From contig DATJLT010000164.1 in the NCBI GenBank assembly GCA_035509195.1, positions 1 to 52,711 of the forward strand: a DNA stretch of 52,711 bases, written 5' to 3'. A program made the translations under genes and the position numbers. This document shows, one piece after another, positions 27,938 to 36,728 of the stretch. The stretch's first letter is position 1, and each line of letters starts with the position of its first letter. Below the pieces are notes generated by a model that was given only the letters and a program-made list of their open reading frames with translations, had not been told where the DNA came from and ran no database searches. The stretch is from Streptosporangiaceae bacterium (lineage in GTDB: Bacteria > Actinomycetota > Actinomycetes > Streptosporangiales > Streptosporangiaceae).

Positions 27938-30337
27938 CTAGCCGGCGGGGCAGACGTATAGGGTGCCCTGCGCGGCCGTTGCTGAGCCTTCCGAGTAGTC
28001 CTTGGCGGGGACTGTCTTGCAGTGGCTTCTGACCCAGGTGGCTATGGCACTTGCCTGGGTGGACGTGCCGCCGCCCTGGCCGCCAAGACCGGTGCCACCT
28101 ATGCCGCCGGTGCCGCCCGTGCCGCCGGTGCCGTTGAGCAGGATGAACTTGAGCTGGCCGGTGCTGACCAGTTCCTTGAAACTAGCCAGGGTGGGCGAGG
28201 GCACCGAGCCGCTGAAGCCGCCGATCGGCAGTACTTCCTGGCCGGTGGCGACGATGAACGGCGAGGCCTCTGTCCAGGACTCAACCGCGAGGAGGTACTT
28301 GGCGCCATCCCTGTGTGCCTTGAGGTAGTTGTACAGCTTCAGCTCTCCGCCGGTCAGGGTGGTGGTCGCCGAGGACAGCGCGCCTCCGCCGCCGGCCCCG
28401 CCCGCGCCGGCCCCGCCCGCGCCGGCCCCTCCGGCCGTGCCTGGGAAGCCGCCGCGACCGGGAAGCCGCCCGGTGCCGGTCCCGCCGGGTGCCGCGCCGC
28501 CGGGTGCCGCGCCACCGGGGAAACCGCCGCCAGAGCCGCCGCCTGGCGGGGCACCACCGGAGCCGCTGCCGGGGAAGCCTCCGGCCGGCGCCGTTCCGCC
28601 GCCAGGGAGTTTCCCGCCGCCGGGGAGTTCGCCGCCACCGCGACCAGCTAGCCGGCCGGCCAAGGGACCGTAACGGCCCGCGCCGCGGAGCCCGGGCGCG
28701 CCGCCGCCCGCGCCGCTGTTGTACGCGCCTGCCGGCCCGGCGCTGGCGTCAAACGAGCTTCCCGCGTAGCGGGTGTCGAGCACAGAAGACGCCCAGGTCG
28801 CGGGGGCGGCGAGCATGACGGCAGCCCCCGCGGCGACCGCCGCGAACATCAGTTTCCTGCTCGTGCCGCGCGACAGCCTGCCAAGGATCAGCGCGACCAC
28901 GGCGGCCGCGCCAGCGACCGCGATCAGCCACTTCACCCACGGCAGGAACGCCGGGTATCCCGACCACAGGTACAGCGCCCAGCCGACCTCGATCGCGACC
29001 GCGGCCGGCAGCAGCCAGCCCCTGGAATCCCCTGACCGGTACCAGCGGGCGAACAAAACGATGCCGGTGCCTGAAAGCGCGGCGAGCGGCGCCGCGAGCG
29101 CGGCGACGTACGCGGTATGAGGAATCACGCTCATGACGCTGTAGATCACACCGAAAGTCAGCAGCCAGGTGCCCCACATGATCAGCCCTGCGCGCTGCTG
29201 GTCTGTCCGTCGGGCACGGCCGCAGGCGACCACTCCGACGGCGAGTGTCAGCAGCGCAAGCGGCAGCAGCCAGGCGATCTCTGGCCCGAAGCCACCGCTG
29301 ATCAGCTTGGTCAGGCCGCCGCCGACGTGAGGAGCACCGCCTCCGGCCGCCGCCGTCCCGGCCGGCGTCGCGGCTCCCAGGTCGTTCGCCGCCCGGCCGA
29401 GTGCCCGGCTGCCGCCGGTGATGCCCGGTCCTGACGACACCGCGCCTGGCACGTTGATGCCGAAACGCTCGAGGCCGTTGTAGCCGAAGACCATCGCGAA
29501 CGCGCTGTTGTCGGTAGAGCCGTCGACGTAGGGGCGGTCCTTCGCCGGGGTCAGCGTGTAGAGCATGATCCAGGACAGCGACACCGCGAGCATGACCACG
29601 CCGGCCGTGCCGAGTTGCCAGAGCCGGCGACGGAGGCTGGCCGGCGCGCAGATCAGGTACCCGATGGCCAGGGCCGGGAGCACCATCCAGGCCTGGAGCA
29701 TCTTGGCCTGGAAGCCGAGACCGACCCAGACCCCGGCACCGATCAGGGGGCGCAGCCTGGCTTCAAGTACAGCCGTCTGGTACGCGTTGGCGGCAAGTAT
29801 CAGGCACATGGTGAGCGCGCCGTCTTCCATGCTGTGCCCGAACATGGAGGCGGCGACCGGCGTGATCGCGAAGATCCCCGCCGCCAGCAGGCCTGGTACT
29901 GCGCCCGCCCAGCGGCGCACCACGCGGTACATGAACAGCACGGAGACGATGCCCTCGATGACCTGCGGGAGCGCGAGCGACCACGGGTGGAAGCCGAAGA
30001 TGCGAGCAGAGAGCGCCTGTGGCAGGAAGGAGCCTGCCAGCTTGTCGATCGTGATCGTCGCCGCCGGGTCGAAGGCGCCGTAGAAGAATGCCTTCCAGCT
30101 CACCGACATGCTCTTCACTGCGGTCGAGTAGAACGGTGCCAGGCCGGCGTCCTTGATATGCCAGGCGTACAGGAGCAATGCGAACGCGGCGATGCCAAGC
30201 AACGCGGGACGGGCCCAGGGCGGCTGCCCGTCAGGCGATCGCCAGAACTGAAGGCGGCTGTGCCTGTTCATCTTGGGCGCGGTGCCTGGTTGCGCGGGCA
30301 CGGTCCGCGCGGGCACGGCATCGACCGCGAACGACAC
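27938..30337 (-). CDS. glycosyltransferase family 39 (ArnT/PMT-like) membrane protein with Gly/Pro-rich linker
   Basis: 799 aa. The N-terminal multi-TM domain (DKLAGSFLPQALSARIFG...) is typical of GT39. It has a long low-complexity G/P/A segment and a conserved C-terminal globular part. GTG 30337 is preceded by AGGAGG. Confidence 0.8.
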   Translation of the reverse strand: MSFAVDAVPARTVPAQPGTAPKMNRHSRLQFWRSPDGQPPWARPALLGIAAFALLLYAWHIKDAGLAPFYSTAVKSMSVSWKAFFYGAFDPAATITIDKLAGSFLPQALSARIFGFHPWSLALPQVIEGIVSVLFMYRVVRRWAGAVPGLLAAGIFAITPVAASMFGHSMEDGALTMCLILAANAYQTAVLEARLRPLIGAGVWVGLGFQAKMLQAWMVLPALAIGYLICAPASLRRRLWQLGTAGVVMLAVSLSWIMLYTLTPAKDRPYVDGSTDNSAFAMVFGYNGLERFGINVPGAVSSGPGITGGSRALGRAANDLGAATPAGTAAAGGGAPHVGGGLTKLISGGFGPEIAWLLPLALLTLAVGVVACGRARRTDQQRAGLIMWGTWLLTFGVIYSVMSVIPHTAYVAALAAPLAALSGTGIVLFARWYRSGDSRGWLLPAAVAIEVGWALYLWSGYPAFLPWVKWLIAVAGAAAVVALILGRLSRGTSRKLMFAAVAAGAAVMLAAPATWASSVLDTRYAGSSFDASAGPAGAYNSGAGGGAPGLRGAGRYGPLAGRLAGRGGGELPGGGKLPGGGTAPAGGFPGSGSGGAPPGGGSGGGFPGGAAPGGAAPGGTGTGRLPGRGGFPGTAGGAGAGGAGAGGAGGGGALSSATTTLTGGELKLYNYLKAHRDGAKYLLAVESWTEASPFIVATGQEVLPIGGFSGSVPSPTLASFKELVSTGQLKFILLNGTGGTGGTGGIGGTGLGGQGGGTSTQASAIATWVRSHCKTVPAKDYSEGSATAAQGTLYVCPAG

Positions 30338-30458
30338 GGTTACCTCCTGTAGCTAGCGGCTCTGGTGCGATGACTGTGCCAGGCCAGCTTCTGCTGTTCC
30401 GTAGCGATCACTCAGCGAACCTTCTGAATGCGTGGCGCGTCAGAGCCGGCAGCGCCGC

Positions 30459-30464
30459 TAGAAT
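30459..30464 (+). promoter_or_regulatory. TAGAAT -10-like box placed for a leaderless serS transcript
   Basis: gccgcTAGAATcgcgaaaGTG: the hexamer ends 7 nt before the GTG start at 30472. No transcript data are available. Confidence 0.3.
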
Positions 30465-30471
30465 CGCGAAA

Positions 30472-31710
30472 GTGATCGACCTCAAGGCGGCAAGACAGGA
30501 CCCGGACGGCTACCGGGCCGCGCTGGCGCGGCGGGGTGCCGCCGCCGACTTCGACCGGCTGCTCGCCGCCGATGCCAGCTGGCGTGAGCACACGGAAAAG
30601 GCCGAGAGCTTGCGCGCCGAGCAGAAGCGCGCGTCCAAGGGCAAGCCGAGTCCCGAGGAACTCGAACAGCTCAAGGAACTGTCCGCCAGGATCGAGATCG
30701 CGCTCGCTGACCAGGCGCAGGCCGCGATGCTCCGCGACGAGATTCTCGCGGTCATACCTAACCTGCCTGACCCGACCGCCGCAGACGGCATGGACGAGGA
30801 AGACGCCCAGGTCGTCAGCACCTGGGGTGAGCCGCCGATGTTCGGCTTTACCCCGAGGGATCATCTCGAACTCGGCTCGTCGCGCGGCTGGATAGACATG
30901 GCAAGGGGAGCGCGGCTGTCAGGGTCGCGGTTCGCTTACCGGTTCGGCGACGTTGCCGTCACCGAATTCGCGTTGTACCAGTTCGTCATTCACAAGCTGC
31001 GCGGCAAGGGATTCATGCTCGTGCTGCCGCCGATCCTGGCCGGCGAGCAGGCGATGTACGGAACGGGATTCCTGCCGACCGAGGAGTCGAACCTTTACCG
31101 GCTCGAGAAGGACGACCTGTACCTGACCGGTACTTCCGAGGTGGCGCTAGCCGGGATTCATGCCGATGAGCGGCTTGAGGAAGCCGACCTGCCGGCCAGG
31201 TACGTCGGGTTCACGACGAACTTCAGGCGCGAAGCTGGCGCGGCTGGCAAGGACACCCGCGGCATGTTCCGCGTCCACCAGTTCGATAAGGCAGAGATGT
31301 TCGTTTATTGCGCGCCCGAGCAGTCAAGGGACCTGCACGAGCAACTGCTTTCCTACGAAGAGGAAATCGTGCGCGAGCTGGGCCTGCCTTACCGCGTGAT
31401 GAATATCGCGGTCGGCGATCTCGGTGCGCCGGCGGCGAAGAAATATGACATCGAAGCCTGGTTCCCCACCCAGGAAAGGTACCGCGAGATAACGTCCTGC
31501 TCGAACACGACCGATTACCAGGCCCGCCGGCTTAACATCAAATTCAGGCGGGAAGGCAAGCTTGAGTTCGTGCACACGCTTAACGGCACGGGCGCGACAG
31601 CGCGGGCGCTCCTTTCGATCATGGAAAACTTCCAGGACGAAGGCGGGAAGATCGCGGTACCAGAAGCGCTGCGGCCGTTTGGCGCACCGGTCTCGATTGG
31701 CAAGCTCTGA
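30472..31710 (+). CDS. serS: seryl-tRNA synthetase
   Basis: VIDLKAARQDPDGYRAALARRG... is the canonical SerRS coiled-coil N-terminus. Class II motifs are present (FRREAG, GTGATARALLSIMENFQ). Start moved from the track's 30178 to in-frame GTG 30472, giving 412 aa. Confidence 0.9.
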   Translation: MIDLKAARQDPDGYRAALARRGAAADFDRLLAADASWREHTEKAESLRAEQKRASKGKPSPEELEQLKELSARIEIALADQAQAAMLRDEILAVIPNLPDPTAADGMDEEDAQVVSTWGEPPMFGFTPRDHLELGSSRGWIDMARGARLSGSRFAYRFGDVAVTEFALYQFVIHKLRGKGFMLVLPPILAGEQAMYGTGFLPTEESNLYRLEKDDLYLTGTSEVALAGIHADERLEEADLPARYVGFTTNFRREAGAAGKDTRGMFRVHQFDKAEMFVYCAPEQSRDLHEQLLSYEEEIVRELGLPYRVMNIAVGDLGAPAAKKYDIEAWFPTQERYREITSCSNTTDYQARRLNIKFRREGKLEFVHTLNGTGATARALLSIMENFQDEGGKIAVPEALRPFGAPVSIGKL

Positions 31711-31736
31711 GGCTGCTTGCCTAATCGGCTGCTTGC

Positions 31737-32651
31737 CTAATCGGCCGCGCCTGGCTGCCTGGGTACCCGGTGACTGGTGCTGGTGTGCTTGGGCGCCGTC
31801 GCGGTGGGCGACGCCTGACCTCCGATCGGCCGGCGCCCGGTGACCAGGCCGGCCTCGTTGACAACCGAGGAGGCCGTGATTCCCTTGAAACCCGCGCGGG
31901 CAAGCATCGTCGCCCAGTTGCTGATCGAGACCGGCCGTTCCTGCGCCCTGACCAGGTAGCGGTAGCTGTTCTTGGCGATACGCCACCAGCCGCCGATCCC
32001 CTTCCTGGCCAGCGCACCCATCTTTGACCTGATGATCGCGCGGTCCTGGCTGGTCACGCCTCTGCCGAACATCATGTCGGCGATGATCAGCGTGCCTCCC
32101 GGCTTCAGCCAGTGATAGGCGGCCGCGACCAGCCTGCCCTTGTCGGCGTCACGCAGGTAATGCAGCGCGTAGCTGGTGACGATCACGTTGACGCTCTCGG
32201 CCGGCAGCGATAGCCGTTCGATCGGCGAGGCGAGGCACTCGAACCCGATCATCGCACGCTGCCCGGCTCGCTCCTCAAGCTTGGCGATCATGGTTTCACT
32301 CGCGTCGATCGCGAGTACCCGCGCCCCCCGCTCAGCCAGCGCCAGGCTGAGTTGCCCTGCTCCGCAGCCGATGTCAACGACTTGATCGCCTGGTTCTATG
32401 CTGACGGCGGCGAGAACCGCGGCGCTCACCTTCTCTAGCCCGGACGGTGAACGACGGTCCCAGGCCGTGGTGCGCCTGGCGAGCAGCCGCCGCAACGCCC
32501 GGCCAATCTTAGATCTCCCTAGAATTCCGAACGGCGAGGCGACATCGGCCGAAGTCGCTTGCGAACGCAACGAGGCGTAATAATTGACCGTCTTTGCGGT
32601 CGGCAATTCATTTTCGGCAGATTTCTGTCCGCTCACTGTAGAATCCGTCAT
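31737..32651 (-). CDS. class I SAM-dependent methyltransferase
   Basis: 304 aa with motif I VVDIGCGAGQLSLALA and LKPGGTLIIAD. Confidence 0.8.
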   Translation of the reverse strand: MTDSTVSGQKSAENELPTAKTVNYYASLRSQATSADVASPFGILGRSKIGRALRRLLARRTTAWDRRSPSGLEKVSAAVLAAVSIEPGDQVVDIGCGAGQLSLALAERGARVLAIDASETMIAKLEERAGQRAMIGFECLASPIERLSLPAESVNVIVTSYALHYLRDADKGRLVAAAYHWLKPGGTLIIADMMFGRGVTSQDRAIIRSKMGALARKGIGGWWRIAKNSYRYLVRAQERPVSISNWATMLARAGFKGITASSVVNEAGLVTGRRPIGGQASPTATAPKHTSTSHRVPRQPGAAD

Positions 32652-32799
32652 CGCTCCAGGTTAGCAATTCAGCCCGCCCGCAAAGTGGTATCGAAACCCT
32701 GCGCGGAAACTATTTCCCGTGCCGTCGGGACAATTAGGCCGCAATCCTATTTGACCACCTGTTGTCATTCCATGGACATACTGCCGCGCCCGCCCGGTC

Positions 32800-32948
32800 G
32801 AGCAACATCAGATGTCCACCGATGCTGCTGGTCCGGCTCCGGCTACAGCATCACTGTCCCGGCGATGTCGCGGGAGCAGCATCAACTAGCCACCGTTGTC
32901 GCCGGGTCCTCTTGGCCAGCAGCAACGCATGGCCATCGATGCTGCTCG
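32800..32948 (+). repeat. composite four-hairpin intergenic element, copy C
   Basis: Four units: gagcaacatcag..cgatgctgctgg, ctacagcatcac..ggcgatgtcgcggga, gcagcatcaac..accgttgtcgcc, ccagcagcaacgc..cgatgctgctcg. An ungapped hand alignment to the reverse complement of copy D gives about 115/149 identities. Confidence 0.75.
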
Positions 32949-33065
32949 CCCCGGTGCCAAGCCCAGGCCGCCCGAGCACTGTGGCCCGGCCGCCCTAAAT
33001 GTCCCGATTTTCGCGCTTGGCGCGAACCCAAGCCCCTCCTTGGCCGGGCTGGCCCGCACGCGCCA

Positions 33066-33147
33066 CGGGCGGGACCGGCTCGGGGCGGGGTGCGGGCGGG
33101 GTTCGGCGCCTGCGGGCGGGAGCGGCTCGGGGCGGGGTGCGGGCGGG
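33066..33147 (+). repeat. two 35-bp G-rich direct repeats (period 47 bp) upstream of the biosynthetic operon
   Basis: gggcgggaCcggctcggggcggggtgcgggcgggg (33066-33100) and gggcgggaGcggctcggggcggggtgcgggcgggg (33113-33147), 34/35 identical. Both are flanked by cgccacggg. Confidence 0.8.
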
Positions 33148-33305
33148 GCGCCACGGGTGGTGACGGCGGAGTGGGCACGGAGCGTTGGGGGCGTGATTTT
33201 GGCGTGATGCGGGCGTTTCGCGGCGCTTTCTGACTATTGACTCATGCGGAGCGTTCGGTGAGCATCGGCGGGAAAGCGGGCAGCCGAGCAGCAAGGGAGC
33301 CGCAG

Positions 33306-34574
33306 GTGACCGGACAAACCGAGGCGACCACGGCGTCGGCTCAGTTAGCGATCAACGGCGGCGCCCCGGTGAGGACCGAGCCCTGGCCCACGTATGACAA
33401 GGGCGCGGTGTTCGTCACCAGGCCGGACGAGGATGCGGCGCTTCGCGCCATACGCAGTCACCTGTATTTCAGGTACGACCGCAGGCCGCATGGTGAGACC
33501 GAGTGCGGGCAACTCGAGGCCGAGTTGTGCGCGTTCTTCGGCTGCCGGCATGCCCTGGCGGTGTCGAGCGGTACCGCGGCGCTGGCGCTCTCGATCATGG
33601 CGGCCAGGATTCCCGCGGGGTCACTGGTCGCCTGCCCTGGCTTCACGTTCGCCGCGACGCCGAGCGCGATCATCCTGGCCGGCTGCCAGCCGTTCCTCGT
33701 CGAAGTCGACGAGGACCTGCATCTTGACCTCGCGGACCTGCGCCGCCGCTGGAAGGCGGAGATCAAGGCGATCGTGGTGGTTCACATGCGCGGCTTCGCG
33801 GCCGACATGGCCGCGCTGGCCGAGTTCGCGGCCGAGCACGGCGTGCCCTTGCTCGAGGACGCGGTACCCGCGCTCGGAGCCGAGTTGCATGGTCGCAAGC
33901 TCGGCACGTTCGGCCTCGCCGGCGCGTTCTCGACCCAGTCGGACAAGTCGCTGAACTGCGGTGAAGGCGGATTCCTGCTGACCGACGACGCCGCGCTCTT
34001 CGCCAGGGCCGTCATACTTTCCGGTGCGTACGAAGGGCGGTACCTAAGGCACTTCCCCAACGGGCTTGCGCCCCTCGACACCGACCTTGACCTGCCGCTT
34101 TACAACTTCAGGATGGACGAGATCCGGGCCGCGCTGCTGCGCGGGGAGCTGACCAGGCTCGGGATCAGGCTCGACTGCTTCAGGCGCAACTATGACTATG
34201 TCGCGGCCACGCTGGCTGAGGTGCCCGGCATCATGATCAGGCGGCCAGTGGCCAGCGGCGCCTATCTTGGTGAAGCGTTCATCTTCCGTACGGAGGACAT
34301 CGACCCGAACTGGTTCGCCCGCGCCCTGTGCGCTGAAGGAGTCGACGCGCGCAACCTCGGCGCCGCCGACGACGCCAACATCAGGGTGTACTGGAACTGG
34401 CGCTTCATGTTCCCCGACATGGACGGCAAGGAAATCAGGGACCTGCTGCCAAGCACCACCCGCTACCTGACGCAGGCCGTCGACATCCCGTTGTCCTCGA
34501 CGTTGTCGCAGGCTGACTGTGATGACCTGATCGAAGCGGTGAGGAAGGTCGCCGCGTCGGCCGGATCAGATTAA
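33306..34574 (+). CDS. DegT/DnrJ/EryC1/StrS-family PLP aminotransferase
   Basis: LAINGGAPVR N-terminus. The PLP-lysine segment is FSTQSDKSLNCGEGGFL. Start set at GTG 33306 after AAGGGAG; the track ORF starts at 33237. Confidence 0.85.
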   Translation: MTGQTEATTASAQLAINGGAPVRTEPWPTYDKGAVFVTRPDEDAALRAIRSHLYFRYDRRPHGETECGQLEAELCAFFGCRHALAVSSGTAALALSIMAARIPAGSLVACPGFTFAATPSAIILAGCQPFLVEVDEDLHLDLADLRRRWKAEIKAIVVVHMRGFAADMAALAEFAAEHGVPLLEDAVPALGAELHGRKLGTFGLAGAFSTQSDKSLNCGEGGFLLTDDAALFARAVILSGAYEGRYLRHFPNGLAPLDTDLDLPLYNFRMDEIRAALLRGELTRLGIRLDCFRRNYDYVAATLAEVPGIMIRRPVASGAYLGEAFIFRTEDIDPNWFARALCAEGVDARNLGAADDANIRVYWNWRFMFPDMDGKEIRDLLPSTTRYLTQAVDIPLSSTLSQADCDDLIEAVRKVAASAGSD

Positions 34575-35758
34575 TGACGACCGCGACCGTGCCCGAGCGG
34601 ACGATCCCAAGGCTCGCGCTGGCCGGGGTGTTCGGCGGGCTGTTCGCCGGCTACCTCGGCTTAACCTCGGTGATTCCTGTCCTGCCCGGATTCGTCAGCA
34701 AGCACCTCGGAGCGCCCGACATCATCGTCGGGCTGGCGATCACCGCTACCTCGCTGACGGCCCTGCTGACCAGGCCGCTGGCTGGCCGGCTGGCAGACAC
34801 GAGGGGCCGCAAGAACGTCATGCGCCTTGGCGCGCTTATCGTCGGCGCAGGCGGGCTGCTGTATTTCGCGCCGCTCGGGGTGCCCGGCCTGATCTGCGTG
34901 CGACTGCTTCTCGGCGTGGGCGAGGCGTCGCTGTTCACGGCCGGCGCCGCCTGGACGGTGTCGCTCGCGCCTTACCAGCGGCGTGGTCAGCTCATCGGGC
35001 TTTACGGCGTCAGCATGTGGGGCGGCATCTCGCTGGGGACCCTCTGCGGTGCGGCCATCGGGCACTTCGGCTACGCCGCCGTCTGGGTATTCAGCGCCCT
35101 GGTGCCGTTGATCGGGTTCCTGCTGGTCAGCGCCGTACCAGCCCCGGAGCAGCCGACCGCGCCTGCCAGTCACAGGCACTCGTTCCTGCCACGCCCCGTG
35201 ATCTGGCCAGGGGTCGCGCTCACTTTCGGCGCGGCCGGCTATGCGGGTCTGGCGTCATTTGTCGTGCTGTTCATGAAGAGCCGCGGCATCGGCGACGGCG
35301 TGCTTGTGCTCAGCGAGTTCAGCGCCGTTTACGCCGGCACCAGGCTGGTCATCGGCCACTTTCCCGACAAGTACGGACCAAGGCTGGTCGCCGCCGCGTC
35401 CGGTGCTGGCGAGGCGGCCGGCCTGCTGATCATCGCCTGGAGCCCTGGCCTGCCCGCCGCGCTCATCGGCGGCCTCATCATGGGCGTCGGCTTCTCGCTG
35501 CTGCATCCTTCGCTCGCGCTCATGGTCATGAACCGCACCGACCCTTCTGCCCAGGGAGTCGCGCTCGGCGCCTACACCTCGTTCTGGGACCTTGGCCTCG
35601 GCGTCTGGGGTCCTGCGACCGGCCTGGTCGCGGCGGGCTTCGGCTACCCGGCGGTGTTCCTGACCGGCGCGGCGGGCGGCGCGGTGGCATCGCTGATGGC
35701 CCTGTGGATCGACCGCCCGGCGAGGAAGCCGGCGGCCGCAAGGCCGGCGGTGGCCTGA
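34574..35758 (+). CDS. MFS transporter (12-TM type)
   Basis: 394 aa. MFS motif A is RPLAGRLADTRGRK. The start overlaps the previous stop (TAATG). Confidence 0.85.
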   Translation: MTTATVPERTIPRLALAGVFGGLFAGYLGLTSVIPVLPGFVSKHLGAPDIIVGLAITATSLTALLTRPLAGRLADTRGRKNVMRLGALIVGAGGLLYFAPLGVPGLICVRLLLGVGEASLFTAGAAWTVSLAPYQRRGQLIGLYGVSMWGGISLGTLCGAAIGHFGYAAVWVFSALVPLIGFLLVSAVPAPEQPTAPASHRHSFLPRPVIWPGVALTFGAAGYAGLASFVVLFMKSRGIGDGVLVLSEFSAVYAGTRLVIGHFPDKYGPRLVAAASGAGEAAGLLIIAWSPGLPAALIGGLIMGVGFSLLHPSLALMVMNRTDPSAQGVALGAYTSFWDLGLGVWGPATGLVAAGFGYPAVFLTGAAGGAVASLMALWIDRPARKPAAARPAVA

Positions 35759-35759
35759 C

Positions 35760-36728
35760 GTGGAAGGGCCAGCGAAAGAAGTGGCCGTGCTGTGCATCAC
35801 CGGCTGGTGCCGTAACGGCAGCACGATCATCGGCAACGTGCTGAACGAGGTTCCCGGGATCATGCATGTGGGCGAACTGCATTTCCTCTGGAAGAACGCC
35901 GCGGGCAAAGGTGCCAACAGCAAGTGCGGCTGCGGTGAGTTACTCACCGAATGCCCGTTCTGGTCGGCGAGGATCAGGGAACTGATGCCTGGCACCAGCC
36001 TCAGCACTTACGCGGCCGAGGTCGTCAGGCGTCAGCGCGCGTGCGTGAGGACGAGGCATACCTGGCGGATCTTGCGGCGAGGGCCAGATCAGGCAGGCCG
36101 CAAGACCCACGCCGACCTGATGAGCCGCACTTACCAGGCCGTCGCCGCGGCCAGCGGTGCCCGCGTCATCGTCGACACGTCCAAGATTCCCGGCGAGGCG
36201 GCCCTGCTGCCGCACCTCGACGGGATCACGCCGTACTTCGTCCACCTGGTAAGAGATCCCCGTGCTGTCGCCGAGTCCTGGCGCGAGCCCAAGCAGTACG
36301 TCTACGCGATGTCGGCCGCGAAGAGCACCGCTTACTGGCGCGGCTTCAACCTCGCTGCCCGCGCGATCACGAGGCGTTACCCGAAGCGGTCGCTGACCGT
36401 GCGCTATGAGGACTTCCTCGCCGACCCTCGGGCGCTCATCACCAGGCTGCTCGCGCTCTGCGGGGAGCCAGAAGCGGCCAACCCCGTGCGGGGCCGGGTG
36501 ATCGACCTCGGCATCAACCACACCGTCACGGGCAACCCTGACCGCTTCCATCAGGGACCAACCGAACTGCGCGACACCGACAGCCGCTGGGTCACCGGCC
36601 TGCCGGCCAGGGCAAGGCTGGCCGCGACCGTGCTCGCCTGGCCGCAGTTCCGCCGCTATGGCTACCGCTGCCGCGCCCCTGAAGCGAAAAGATCGCGAAA
36701 GGAGCAGATCGTTGGACACCGGGCTTGA
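35760..36728 (+). CDS. PAPS-dependent sulfotransferase family protein
   Basis: 322 aa. 5'-PSB-like loop ITGWCRNGST and 3'-PB-like HLVRDPRAVAES. GTG start lies 1 nt after the MFS stop. Confidence 0.75.
   Translation: MEGPAKEVAVLCITGWCRNGSTIIGNVLNEVPGIMHVGELHFLWKNAAGKGANSKCGCGELLTECPFWSARIRELMPGTSLSTYAAEVVRRQRACVRTRHTWRILRRGPDQAGRKTHADLMSRTYQAVAAASGARVIVDTSKIPGEAALLPHLDGITPYFVHLVRDPRAVAESWREPKQYVYAMSAAKSTAYWRGFNLAARAITRRYPKRSLTVRYEDFLADPRALITRLLALCGEPEAANPVRGRVIDLGINHTVTGNPDRFHQGPTELRDTDSRWVTGLPARARLAATVLAWPQFRRYGYRCRAPEAKRSRKEQIVGHRA

Noticed and set aside
30178-30471. Upstream 98 codons of the serS track ORF
   Set aside because: This stretch is Arg-rich and overlaps the GT39 5' end and the intergenic region. 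The conserved SerRS N-terminus begins exactly at GTG 30472.
32652-33305. Small protein-coding genes (track ORFs 32559..33233, 32762..32998, 32995..33294 and others) in the 650-nt gap upstream of the operon
   Set aside because: All are Arg/Pro-rich. They run through the hairpin element and the G-rich direct repeats. The similar peptides seen at copies C and D (PGDVAGAAS / PSDVAGTAS) simply reflect the DNA repeat in opposite orientations.
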